From Paramecium tetraurelia (Eukaryota), in the NCBI GenBank assembly GCA_000165425.1, contig CT868429.1:1-64000 (forward strand): a stretch of DNA of 64,000 nt. Reading direction: 5' to 3'. The translations under genes were made by a program, and so were the position numbers. The notes beneath the pieces are model-generated. The model made no database searches, was not told the DNA's origin, and saw only the letters and a list, made by a program, of their open reading frames with translations. How positions within the stretch are numbered: position 1 is the stretch's first letter; each line of letters opens with the position of its first letter. This document shows positions 13,063 through 27,210 of the stretch, in pieces.

Positions 13063-14925
13063 TCATATATTTAAAATTTCATCAAAGTTCCTTATTTAGT
13101 TGACTTTGACTCTATCTTATGTTTCATTATATTTTGGAGAAGTGTACTTTGATAATTCTAAAAGTGACGACTTTTAGCTTGACTCATCAGTAGTTAATTT
13201 GGAATTTTTCCTTTATTTCTCTTTGAGCAAGATTTCCTTCCCTAAACTACTCAAAACTTAAGGGGAATCCTAAAAAGCGAATTATCCAAGACCAATTGCT
13301 TTCATCACTTTATCACTGATATTAAAAAAATTGCAAAGTGACATAATTATTAGCATTAGAGGTAAAATTATAGTGAATGTGGAGTCAAATACTGAGAATT
13401 CATCAAGCCTTTTAAAAAAATTAAAAAACTAGTTTGATTTATCTAATGAGGCTGTCATTTGTAGGAAATTATAACAAAGAGGAAAGCTCACCCTTCCAAA
13501 GTTTCTAAGATTTAATTAATTTCTTACACAGAACCAAACATTAGACTAGGTGCATCTGTATTATGTTTATTGTTAAATGATATTAATCCACTAATTTTCA
13601 TTGAAAATAAACCATAATAAACACAAAACATCATGTATGTTAACAGAATCAATAATGTAATATTTGTCAACGTAGTATCACTGATGGATAGGATCACTGA
13701 GGATAGTATATTAATGTTAATTTTTTATTTCATCAATACTTAAAATTCCCCGAACATCAATATTATAGACAGTAATGTAAAAACATAACCAATGTATTTG
13801 TTATAATATCTACGAAAATAATTTACCCAAATATATTAGGCTTTGATTACAATTTTGATAACAAAGCTTTGATTCTCAATAGAATCAATTTCATATTGTC
13901 TCTCAAGCTTTTTTACTTTGTTCAATAGTATTTCAAACTTTGTATTGATTCTTCTTAAATCAAAAACGATTTATTTAACTGATTTATGAAGAACTCCTAA
14001 TTATTTTAAATTTAAATTTAAATATTCTGACGGTAATTCCTTCTTTCTATAAATTGCTTATTATTTGATAGACTCAAAATAAACAGGAGGAATTAAGGCT
14101 ATGATTTTAGAAATATAGACGAAAAACTCTGAATTTGAGTAAGAATCTTCTAAAATTAGAAGTGTCTTAATAAAATAAGAAATTACTTTGCAAATTTCCT
14201 CTATATCATATCCCTTTTCAGTTCTCTATTCTTCTAAATAAACAGAATCTTTATAGCATTTGTCAAGCACTTCTTCTTCCTTACTTTCCTTTATGTATCT
14301 TTTTGGAATCGCAACCAGTCCGAAACCTAATAATAGAACAACCAAAAAAAGTCCACTTTTATTATAAGTAAAAATACAAAAAGTTTGCTAATCCTATTAA
14401 TGAATTGGTGATGTAATCTGAAGAATCATTATTCATTGCTAATAAGATGATAATGATCGTTCCTAAAACCAGTCCCAGAGTGTAAATTAACAAATTTTTT
14501 TTGATTGAGTATTTCATCCTCTCTCTCCAATTAAAATCTCCAGAGTCTTCATAGTCTTGAAAAAATGGAAGAATAAACCTTGAATATATGGGGTTTAACT
14601 AACTTACCATGATAATAAAAAATTGGACCAATATAGTATTCTCCAAGTTAAGAATAGACCATATTATAGTTATGTTTTTTCATTATTCTCCAAAGTGCTC
14701 TATTATTCTAAAAAAGTCCTTTGCTTTATTATCAATATGATTTACTACCTATAAGATATCAATAGGTAAAACAAGGACAATCGAAAATGTTAGGATCCAA
14801 GAAAAATATGTCAAGGCTTTAATGTAGAAGGGAACCTCTTTTGCAGAATAGTCCCATACTAGATAAAAGACGTATACTATAAGTAGTATTCCTTCGATAA
14901 AGAACAATAGTATTTCCTCTTACAT
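13063..14925 (-). CDS. LMBR1-domain multipass membrane protein (LMBRD2-like)
   Basis: SWILTFSIVLVLPIDI, ILPFFQDYEDSGDFNWRERMKYSIKKNLL, LLGFGLVAIPKRY; multiple TM helices; several tiny introns. Confidence 0.88.
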
Positions 14926-15200
14926 AAAAATTTATTTTAATAATTCAAAAATAATAATATGTAATTAAAGACAACAGAATATGTCATTGTTCCATGCTCA
15001 ACATTATTAAGAGTTTTATTTATCACCCAAAAATAAATGCACAACTGAATTACTTAGAAGTCCAATCAATTTTTTTAATAGGTAAGAATTTATCAATTTC
15101 CATACTTATCCTTTTAATATATTGGTTTGATCAAATATTATAATAGTGTTTCATTATTTTAATATTATCTAAAATATTATATTATTTGATATATTAGAAT

Positions 15201-16763
15201 ATGATGAAAATTCCTTTATCGCCCACATTATTACAATTTGAAAGTATATTTTAATCAAATCAAAATTTCTGGTCTTTAAGTCCTTAGGAGTTAATTAAAT
15301 ACGACTTGGAGAAAAGATTCATAGTAATTATTAATTCAACAATAAAAATAAAGAAGCTGCGAATAGGCGGCGGTTATATCTAATATTCAGATAATGTATC
15401 CAATATTTTATATATGTAGAAATACATTGATATTCATAACATAGAAATGCAATTAACTCGTAATACTTAGATTAACTCGCCAGGAGTTAAATTAAGAAGA
15501 CAAAATTAGACTTTAGAAATATATGGAGATATAGATGATTGGGTGGAATATTTAAAACCCTTCTCTATATAATTCTACTTTTAACAAAGATATTCGATTT
15601 AGAAAAAAATTGAAAAAGGAACATTATAAAATTGGTTTACTGTCAAATGCAAATCTACTTCTATTGAGTACTCAGTTCATATAATAGAAAAAAATAATGA
15701 TTTAAATCGAAGACTCTTAATTCACAACCTGCAACTATTGAGAAATCTAAAATTACATAATCTAATAAAAATGAAGGAAATATTTGAAAGTCGAAATTTG
15801 ATTTACATTGTATGCGAAAACATTGAGGGAACCTTTATTGATGATTTAAGATTGGATAAATAATTAACTGAGTTTGACATTTCAACCATAATGAGAATTT
15901 TGTTTACAATATTAGAGTATTTGCATTTGAATAATGTTGTCCTTGGTCATAGAGCTGTAGTATCGAATTTATATTTGAAGAACCCCAAAGATTGGTCATC
16001 AGTGTATTTTATTGATCATTTTGATCTTCTAAGTCAGTACCAGAATAATAATGATTTTTATTCAAAGGCTTAACTGGATGTGAATAGTTTTGGCAATATC
16101 ATGAAATATCTGTTGGATTATAATAATGATGCAGCAAAACTTTATAGTTATGATTTGCAAGAATGGTCAAAATAGGCTTTTGATTTCTATCAAAAAATAA
16201 ATGATACAACTAAAAATTATTCATCATACGATGCTCTTTAACATCCATTTATCTTTTAAAGTTCCAAATAGATAGTTGGAAGCTTTAATTCTCGAAAATT
16301 ATTTCATATGAGCTAATTAGGAATATAATCCTTAGAAATTTCAACTGAATTAAATTCAAACAATTAATCAAGTTCGAATAGTCCGATAAAAAAAGGAAAA
16401 AAACTGATTAAAATTAAGCCTGCAGTTTCAACCCCGACTTCTCCTATCCAAAAAGCAACATTTGAAGATTCAAGTTCTTAAGGTTCTATTGATGTAAAAG
16501 CAATTTTAGAAAAATATTTAGATGTTAAAAAATCAGACGCTATTATTGAACCGTAAGTTGAATAAAGTCCTTTGAAAAAGTAAGGTAGTGGTTTTAGATT
16601 AACTTCAAAAAAAAATACTATTAACAACCCTCTTTTTATAAAAGAGAAATCAAATTTTATCTAAATTTCTATTTAGAAAAAGTCGCCAAGAAAAATAGAT
16701 GGTATATTTTAAAAAAAAAATTCAGAATAACAGACAAAAAAAAAATCGACCTTAGAACTATGA
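15201..16763 (+). CDS. CAMK-like pseudokinase with an N-terminal PH-like region
   Basis: Kinase fold (LRNLNYHNLIKMKEIFESRNLIYIVCE...LEYLHLNN...YDALQHPF) but HRD reads HRA, DFG reads DHF, and there is no APE; Ser/Lys-rich tail. Confidence 0.8.
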
Positions 16764-16785
16764 ATATAAATTTGTTATCATTTTA

Positions 16786-19723
16786 TCATTTAATATATTT
16801 CTGCAAGGTTTTGCCTCTTGAAATTGTGGCTAACATTTTCGTTCTCTTAGTAATTAAGTTATGATCAAACTTTTTAATTACAACATCATAATTAAAAGCA
16901 GGAAAATATTCGGTCATTAGAAACTATTTGTCGATATTAAAGTCAATATTTTCTTCGCTAATTAATTAATCATCCTGAAACATATTAAGCATATCGTCAT
17001 AAGGAGAAGGAACAGAATTTGTGTTATTATTATGATATATAGATTTGCTATGTTTTCCACTTATTACACTATCATACCTTTACATAGATTTATTATTAGA
17101 GGTTTCCTGCCTTATAGTTGAAGCATACGAAGGTTTAGATTTGTTATTCAACCTCATTTCGATTTTTATTGACCTTTCTTTATTTAGTTTTCGCAAGAGA
17201 AGAGTTGATCTCTTTTGATTATTTTATTTGAGGTTATCACTGTCCCATCTCACAACCGATGGTGATGCTTGTGTTTGTTGTTATTATTAAATAGAGGTTT
17301 ATAATTGAGATTGTTAGCTGGATTATTAGCCACTCATATTTTACATATTGTTCTAGATAATTGATTTGGGTTTATTAGTGTTCTTATTAGTATTTTTATT
17401 TGTGTATTTATTGGTGTGTTCATAATTTGATTAGTCATTCTATCTAAAATAGTCAGTGAAAGTATTGCTCTTTGAGAATGATTCAAATTTCGAATCTTGA
17501 AATTACTTTTGTTTACTGCCTTATTAGTAATTATCCTCTTATTCTTCTTCGACCTTCGAAATGTCAAAACCTAATTCTTGAAGATATTAATCAGAACAAT
17601 CTATTTATTCTATAAATTTTTCGTTTATCATAAAAGCTAATCCACATTCTTAAACATCTTTTATAGAATATTTTGTTTTAAAGGAGTAATATTTTCTATC
17701 ATGATAGAATCTTTATTATGGCTTAGAGTTCTTGTTTATGGTTATGATTTTGTTTCTATTCGCTTTTACAAACACAAAAGGGCAAGTATTTAATTAGTGA
17801 GTCCATCCACATATTTCACATACTTGCCCAAAATTTTTATAACTTTCATTAAATATTAGGTTATCTTGAAGCATTTTAAACCTTTCTAAATCTTTTTGAT
17901 CTTCATTTAATATTTTCATTATATCATCAATATTGAGATAAATCAATTGAGAGAATTTTACAGCCTTCAAATAAGTTTAGTACGAACTTTAAGTGAGGCA
18001 TTCCTTTTCCCCGAATACCCCGAATTCACAAGTTTTAAGACGAATATTATTAGCCAATATATCTAATTAACCTTTTAATAAGAAGTAAATTTTGGTTCCT
18101 TTTTCGTCTGGAGACCATATTTTTTCTTCTGGAGCAAGTTTTTTTTCATGCACATATAAACATAATTTTTTTAGACAATTTTCACATAAATTTGCTAAAA
18201 CTTTTGAATTTTTTAGAGTGTTGAAATATAAATCAATAGCAACCTTTTCCTTTAAATCTTGTGTTAATTACTACATCATCAATTCAGCTTTGAATTAAGA
18301 CTCTTATTCAAGTTTTAAATAGTGCTCGAAGTACTTACGAACTTGCAATTATAATTATTAATTTAAGTTTCTGCTTTTTAGATAATTGGTTAAGATTGAT
18401 AATTTTTATTTGAATTGTTAATCTTTATCTTAAAGCAATTTGATGATATTTCCCACTGTTGAAACACTATAGCCTAAGACACCGCAAACTAGCAATGCTA
18501 AAAGGATTGAATAAATTTTCTCTATGTCAGTTTGGGGTGTAATATCCCCATAACCAATAGTTAAAGTTGTGATAGTGCAATAATAAATTGAAAAAATATA
18601 TTTCTTTGTCCAAACTTGACCATCGATCCCATAATGAGTAAGCCAGGAGTAGCTGCTTTGCTAAATTTACAGTTCTCCTAATAAACCCCAAAGACAGGCA
18701 CAAAAATGGCATGTTATTATAATAAAATAGATAAGTTTGGCCAATTAAATCAACATTTTGATGGACTCTTTTGGGTTCAATATTTCTTCAAGGTTATTTG
18801 CCATTTTTGGTAATTTAACAATTCGAAATAATAAAGCAAATTTCAGGATGTCAATCTCATATTGTTAAAACAAAATAGGAACTAAAATTAATACGTCAAT
18901 CATTAACTTTCCTCCTTTCATATAGTTTTTTAATATTTCTGCTTGATTCCTATGGATAGTACCTTCGTGATAATAGGCAGTTTATAAAGTAAATATTACA
19001 TCAAATAAGAGTAGCCATGAAGGAATGGTGTTTAAGTATAAAACTACTTAATCTGAGGCCTTAAAATCAAAGCTAAGTTCCAAAGGAATGTATATCAAAT
19101 TAATAATAACAGAAATTAACATCAAAATATCCCAAATTATTTTAATGGTTTAATCAGGATCAATTATTGGAATCAGCTATAAAATTTTGAAAATTTAGTT
19201 AAAGTTGCATTTTTCTTTTGCAACTTTGACATTATTCAAAATATCTCTGTATTCTAATAAGACACTTGGATCACTTCCTGCATCATTAACCAAACCCAAT
19301 ATTCTTGTGTTCAATAATTTAAATTTGATTTTGTTTCCACTTGTTTTAATCTGCCTAATAAACTTTGAGACATAATATAAAATATTCAATGATTTCTGTT
19401 TCCAAATATTTTAGAATCCATCACTCGAAAAAACCTACTCATTTTGCGGACTTGGAGATCCATTTTGGCTGATTGAGTAAATGTCCCTAATTAATGAAAT
19501 AAATACTAATAGCCTTGAGATGATGACTTAGAAAGAATTGATGCTTCCAATACAACATCCTGCTCTTATCCTCGTTTGGGAGTTAATTAATTTTTCTTTA
19601 CACTATTGATCCTATTATTCTTCAAAATGCTTTTTAAAGCAGTGGGAGATTTTTCTTAATGGTTCTTGGAAAAATATGAGAATAAAGTACTAATTTTGAT
19701 CTTGTTTATGTTTATATTTCCAT
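16786..19723 (-). CDS. Cyclic-nucleotide-binding-domain K+ channel (EAG/HCN-like)
   Basis: IDPDQTIKIIWD (S1), LLFRIVKLPK (S4), TTLTIGYGDITP pore, C-linker, CNBD with FGE, C-terminal CxxC-H-C knuckle. Confidence 0.92.
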
Positions 19724-20006
19724 TATAATTAATAATTAATTTCAAAATGTATTCTTTATTTCATTCCTCTAGATATTTATCGAAAAAGCATTCCAATTTC
19801 GTCCATTTAATGATAATACTTAAGATTGAATATTATAATAGTAATTTCCTTTATACAGATCAGTCTTTATTTTATCTAATCCCAATGAAATTATCCTTAA
19901 GTTAAAATCGTTGACTACTTCAATAGGATTAACAAATGTAAACTTAAAGATTAATCAAAATAGAAAAATAAAAATTATAATATATAACCGTAATATTGAA
20001 TAGGTT

Positions 20007-21257
20007 TCACATACATGTTTTTGATTATATTAATGATTTTTCTATTACTTCCTCTGAGTTCTCAATTAATCTTTTTATTCTTGATTCAGTTAATTATACT
20101 AATGGGTTTTGGACTGAGTCATAAATTCCATTTATGGTTGCTCTACTTTAAAATTTAGTGACTGGTGATGACACGCTAAGTTAATCTAATAATTTATTGG
20201 ATTCAGCTAAGGCTTAGTCAATCCTCTTTTGTAATGATTAATCTGCAATTTGAAATTCCTCATTAGTAGCTTTTACCGAAAGAATAGATTCTTTTTTTCT
20301 ATGATAGGATACTTACTATTCTTCTTAGTAATATGAGTTTGGAGATTATAATATGGAATCAGGATGGTGATGCTCTGCAAAATCAACAGAATCGCCATCT
20401 AAATTGCTAACAAAGTGGTGATATTATTTCTTTGCCAACACTTATTTAGTTGACAATCTTTCTTCTGGATCATGGGCTAACATCTCTTTTAGTAGAGCAT
20501 AAAGACTACTCGAATATGAATACTAAGCAAATTTTTAATCCAGTCTTTTAAACAACAAATTTAAATTGACAAATTCCTCTAGGTAATAATCACTAACAGG
20601 TTATTTTGTGATTAATTAAGATAATAACAAACCTAAACAAAAAATGTTAGCCTTTTCTTAATTAATCTTATTTTTTAATCCAGAAAATAATTCCAATTAC
20701 TCTGGTGCTAAATATTCAACTTGGCGATCATTATATTTAACCTAATGAAAATTAGATATTGCCTCTAAAGCTACGATGTTGTCTACTAATTTAACAAATC
20801 CATCGTCTGTAACTAATATTTTTGATGGATGTAAGTCTGTTATTTCATTATTATTTTGTTTGCAATAATCCATAGCATCACACAATGAGAATATCAAATA
20901 ATATAGTTCCTTTTCTGTAAACTTTTCTTTAAATTAAGTGATAGTGTTCTCATAATATTCAACCTGGATGGACAAGTATCTAATTTGAGAACATAAATCA
21001 TTTGCAATTAGTTTCTAAAATCCTAAAACCTTCAGTAGGTTTATATTGTCATACGATTTTCTCTTTAGATAGGTTTCCTATTTCATATTGTGTTGCTCTG
21101 ACTCAAATATTTGTTTATTGATTATAGCAATTTTTCTACCTGTTTCACTATGTTTATAGAGCTTAATCTCTCCAAACACAGGATGAGTTTTTAGAGTCTA
21201 ATATGCATAATTTTGATCTAAAACTAACAAACTTTGTTATCCATTTGAGTTTCCCAT
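20007..21257 (-). CDS. Putatively N-myristoylated kinase-like (pseudokinase) protein, 416 aa
   Basis: Intronless ORF starting MGNSNG; HPVFGEIKLY, TDLHPSKILV, VKLVDNI, YLAPEQL, KANIFCLG, MLAHDPEER. Confidence 0.85.
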
Positions 21258-21430
21258 TTTTAACTTCTTTATTAATATTCGTTAATATATTATTATTTAT
21301 AGAATATGCCTAGAAAAGCCTATTAAAATCAGTATATAATATATTGAACAATAAACAAATTATAATCTTCTTCCAAACATAAACCTTTAATTTACAATCT
21401 TAAAAACAATATAACATAAATATTTATATA

Positions 21431-24400
21431 TCAATATTCCTTTATTTATTTTAATAATGATAGTGTAATTTGCTCATTAAATTTTTCAAAAGGAATAAAC
21501 ATCAGTAGATGTCTAATCAAATATATTTAATTATGAAGAACTAAAGTTAATAGTAGTATAATTACTTTCACTTTGCTTGTAAAAATACACTAAACTAAAT
21601 AGCGTCATACTTAATCCTCCTGCTAGATAATAAAGAAGACAACCAACTTCCAGATTATAGATATAAGTGCTTAAATAGGAATTCTTTTCGGTAATAATTT
21701 AGTAAATAAAAGGTTCTATAAACGAAGGAAAAAACACTACCAATGCCCAATATTCATCACTAACATATCTTTTAAAATGTTCTTAATAAAATAATAGTTT
21801 AATATTTTGGAGCACTCCATTTAAGCCATTCTAGTAACTTTTCCTCAATTATTGTTGCCCACAAACAAAATGATTAGAGTTAATGCAAAGATCATTATAG
21901 TATATTTCGTTCAAAAATTCCAAGTCTCCATTCTCTTTTGCTAATGGTAATGGTAATACAGAATAGCTTTGTATTGCTTCATCATATTTTACATAAATAT
22001 CTGCCAAACTTTCTTTTGTGTAGGTATTAACTATCATTTCATTTAGCAGATTGTAGTGCTAGATGTGTTAATACTCATGAGATAAATGTACATATTATTC
22101 TGCTCTTTCTAAATAGTCACTTGGAATCTAATTAGAAAATAGAAGTCCTCCAATCCAATATATAGTCATGCTGATAAATATGAAAATAACAATTGTAAAT
22201 TCAAACCACATTGACAATTTTACATCGTAAATTTTGGTCTAAAGTATTTATTGCTTAGCATTGGTTTTCAAAGAGTAATTTGGTTTATCATTTAAAATTT
22301 CTTAAGAAACAAAGTCGCTAGTGACTAAATTTAAAGTATTCAATTTCGAAATATTCTCAAGTATTTCAGAAATATATTTTACTTCCTTCTAGAATTCATT
22401 TACATTAATTCTTGTAATTAATAAAACAATTTTTTCTTAATAAATGTTTAGCTTTTTATAATTTCTTAAATATGGAAATAAAGGCAATACCAAAATTCCA
22501 ATTGTAAAAAATGTTATATAATCCTAAACATTTATCAAATTATTAATGTCATTCACTATTCCATCCATTTAGAAATCATTAATCACATCTGTACTTTCTG
22601 TTATATCATAAAATCTACTGATCAAATTAAATAGTTAATTTGTTTCATTAATTGATAACATTATTTAGTAGTTACTTAGAAGAAAATCATAGATACTTAT
22701 TTCATCCTATTAATAATTATCCATGTCTGTATAAACTTCGATAGAAATATTTTGTTCTTCTACCTTAATATACTAATCAATCTCTGAATTTAACAATTCC
22801 CTGTATGTAACTGTCGTTTCTGTAATCGATTCATAAAAACTATTAATTGAAATATTATAATTATTAAAGTTATCCTCTTAAAATTACTTACTATGCAAAT
22901 ATATTGCTTATTATGCACTATTGATATATGCCCTATTAAATTCATATGGAATGAGTAAATGAGCACTTGTAGTTATAACATCTTCTAACATGCTGACACT
23001 TAGGACAGATAAAGTAATTATAGAGGCTAAGGAAATAACAATGATAAAGATCCATGATGATATTAAATAATAGAATTGATGAGGCATTTTAGAATTCATA
23101 TAAATTTTTTCTAGATTTTCTCTTTCGGCTTTCGACATTCCACTTGTTGTGGATTATTGTTCATCTAATATTCTTTTTTATTTGTTTTATTTTATTTTAT
23201 TTACATAAACTACACATTATTACTTTTAAAATGTAGGTGGATCTTCATTTAACTACTCTTTTTATTATTATTAATGATGTAAATATCCGTATTCTAACTC
23301 TTCTTCAAATTCTCTCATTCCATCATCTTGTATTCCATTTTTAGATATAAACCTAGGATCATTTAAGCCTTTCTATTTTAATTATTGTTCATAAACATTA
23401 TCAAACATATTTTTAAAATATCTTTATTATCCCAGTAAATCAGAGGAGTGATGCTTATTACTTAACATTCCTCTTTCAGTATCCTTAGGAGTTTCTAATT
23501 AAATTCGAGGGGACTCCACCTAAAATGCAGGTTACATGGGTTGACTTAGCGAAATGTTGAATTATAAAGTTCCTTTTTCTTCTTAACCATCTATTTCATC
23601 ATTCATTTAAGCATTATATTGAAGGTCTTTGTTTATCATAATTGTGGACATTTTCTAATCTGTTTATGTGTAATTATGACTTATTGTTAAATATTATGAT
23701 ATAGTCGATACGGTTTGATTAACTTTTGATGTTGCTTACGATAATTCTTTTATATCAATTATAAAATAGGTGAATACATTCTACCTCTAAGATTCTGTTC
23801 CTACAAATGTAAAAAATTCTTAAGAAAGACCCTTGAAATTCTTTTCAAATTTTTGAAGGTCAAATCTTAGACGAAACCCTCTTGATGTTTTTTTCAAGCC
23901 TTTTTATTCTTAAGCAAATTCTTTCATCAATTCTCTATCTTTTCTATCGAATAATTCAACTCTATTATTGGTTGTTGACATTTTTGATAATTCTTTATCA
24001 TACTAACTCCCTTATGAATGATTTTGATATTATTAGCACAAACTGATAAAATTTGAATTTATATGGATTGATGATTTCAAATCTTCGAATTCGAGATCAG
24101 CAGTAACATCACTATCCCTATAATAATTATTTTATGCCTCGTCTATATCGTCCAATACTTTATAAAAATTTGGAAATAACACCTAAATTAATCCATATTT
24201 TAGTATATCTGCATAAGAAAACAATTTTTCAGAATCAGATAACAAAGTAAATAAGTTCTCGCTCATGCCCAGTATAGACCCACGTCCATCAAACATTATT
24301 GCATCCTAAAATGAAACCTTCAACATACAAACATTAAAAACACAATCTTCAAAATTGGAAAAATCATTTCTTAGCGATAACATAATAGGGAAAATAAACT

Positions 24401-26563
24401 AATTTTTGTTAGATACATACACTCTTCTATTATCATACATCAGATAAGTCTATCCAGTTTATATATATTAATGAATAATCTAGTTATGAAAACTTGCTAT
24501 ATGAGGAGGCATTAATTAATTAATATTGATGATTTTAGCTTATTCATCTTTATTGTAATTAAAAAAGGCTTCTATTCTTTCTTCATTTTTACTTAGAATA
24601 TACCCTAAAGATCTAATGAGTCCTGTTTTTATTAGAGTGAACTGCCCTCTCATTAAATTAAAATTATTCAAACCCTCATCTTCCCTATACTGATCTCTAT
24701 TCTTTAATTCTTATATTTTTTATTCTAAAATATTAACTCTTCCCAAAGAATTAGATATTACAAGATAGCTTAATTAAAGAATCTTTAAAAATCCAGCATT
24801 TTCATAATTTTGTGATAATTAGGATATCTCATACTAAATCTTTTTATTCTATGTCACTATTTCTATAAGAGGTCTATAAATCTTTTTAATAAAAATTGAA
24901 ATTGATTCACTACCTTTCTCAATTAATTACCAAATGATTATCTTTTAGGTAAGGATTGATACAAAGGATTTCTAATAACTTGCGCATGAATTTTCAATTT
25001 GAATCACAGTTTCTAAAGATAAATCATCAAGTAATGAATCCTTCTTATTATTTTCTTACTAGATTTTGTTGAAATAAATCAGCTTTAACTCTAATTTCTA
25101 AATAATTAAATTATTTACTTTGATAATTTTTGGGAATATCATCCTATAAAAATAGCTCAGTTTTGCTTTGTGTTTATAACAGAATAGTTTAAGAAAGTAA
25201 TAACTCATCAATTTATTCCCTGAGTACTTTTCCAAAAATGATGCATACAAATAATTCAATCTATCTTTTCTCTTTAACTTTGGATGATTTAAAGTTTGAA
25301 AGAATAATGAATCCATCAATTTAACAACATCATCAAACTTTAAATTCAATTCTCTCAGACATCGATAATTTAGAGTCATATCTTTATTTCCACTTACTAT
25401 GCTTTAACTATTACTATCCAATTTTAAATTTTTGCCATATTTCGAACAATAACATCCAACGTTTGAGCAATGATTAATGTGATTTCGAATAGATATATAA
25501 ATTATCAATTTTTGTTCCTACGAAGAATACATTTCAATCAATTCTTAAGAATAAATCCAAAAATCTTGTATGTTTCTATTCTGTATCAAATTGATAAATA
25601 TATCTTCATAAAAACTCAGCCCCAAATAATAGGATAAAGGGCATAATCCAATTATAAGATAAATGCTACAATTTTCAATGATCAAATCATATTTAAAGAT
25701 GATCTAAACAATGTTAGCCATTGTAAAAGCTAATGCAGTGCCCAAATAGCATTTTGTTAAAAATATAGAGGGGAAGGGTCTCTATACCAAACTATCGTAA
25801 ATTGATACTACACTAAATAATATGATACAAACCACAATGGATAACTTAGAAGATTTTGCTGGAAAATATGATGAGATTGTAATCAATGCTTTTAATACTT
25901 ACGCAACTTGATATAATGATGTTTTTCTTTTGTATCTATTTATATCATTGAATTCGTGGCCCTGAGAAATATAACTAATCATTAATGAAATTATAACAGA
26001 GTAGGCCCCAAAAATAACTCCAACAAATTTTTATATTAAAGAATTTGAAAACTAAAATAGTTTTATTCATTTCTTACTATTAATTGTGAATTGAATTCTA
26101 AGTATATATCCTAAAGAATAAAGGAATAAAAACTAAGCCAAACACTGTAGAAGCTACTAACACTTTAATAAAACGGGCTACTTCAGATTAATTTAAAAAT
26201 TACTTATTTTCTTGATCCAATTTTGATGAAAACTAATTTAATATTGGTAATATGATTAATATTAATATTGGCAAGTGAAATAATGCATAAAACACCCAAA
26301 ATGTTGAGTCTGTATTTTCCTATTAGATAAATTTTATTAAGGTTGAATACTATTTTTGATAAATCAATTACCGATGAAAATGACGCTATATAGGTTATGA
26401 ATGTGTCGGCTTCATTATGGTTATCAAATAGTTTTGAATAAGGTTAAACAAAGTATATAAATATTCCTAAGGCGTATACTGAATTGGTTATTTTAAAGTT
26501 TGTTGGATTAGCTAGAAATGAGAATAGCGTGACTAAATAAGTGTTGATAATTTTATATATCAT
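21431..26563 (-). CDS. Large PAS-domain multipass membrane protein (TmcB/TmcC-like), ~1700 aa
   Basis: N-terminal TM cluster, helical region, PAS-like INQLMPPHIASFHNQIIHQYIQTGQ...IFPIML, Q-rich linker, further TM segments, ends LLMFIPFEK...; TGA 21431. Confidence 0.8.
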
Positions 26564-26681
26564 TAGTTATAATTATTATTCCTTATAAAAATTCATATTA
26601 TTTTCTCTAAAGTGTATAATATGAAAATTTTGAAATAATTCATTTATATAACACACATAGAACATTAATTATATTTATAAT

Positions 26682-27101
26682 TCATTTTTACAAACTTGTT
26701 TCATTTAATGGTACGTGATTGTTGTTATGATTGTTTAGCTGATTTTCCAACTCCATTAGATTACTATTCCTTAATTTTTTGGAGTGATAGGTGGGGTCAC
26801 ACTCATCAATCTAATTTTCTTATTTATTTTTATTGTATAATTTATAAGCAATCTAGATGTGATATGAATTTCTTCTAAATAATTTAAACTCCTCTTTTTT
26901 TTTTGTTTAAATTTATTAAGGTGGCTATTGATTTTATTTTTTCTTTTTTTATTTCTTCACACCTTAAAATGATTAATCATAGAAACTTTTATTGATTTGT
27001 ATGACAATCTCGTGAAATGTCTTGACCACATCTCTAAATTCTTGATCATTATATAACTTTTATCTAGCAGAAACACATCCCTCCTAGATTTTATTACTCA
27101 T
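26682..27101 (-). CDS. Hypothetical protein (~130 aa)
   Basis: ATG 27101, one 24-nt intron, open to TGA 26682; contains FRRNSYHIQIAYKLY. Confidence 0.65.
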
Positions 27102-27210
27102 TAATTTTATAATAAATGAAGTTTAGCTCCAATTTGCAAATTCAATAAAAAATAACAAGAATTTTGGTCATAATCAATTAAACAATTAACAAATGATATT
27201 TTGTGTATAA

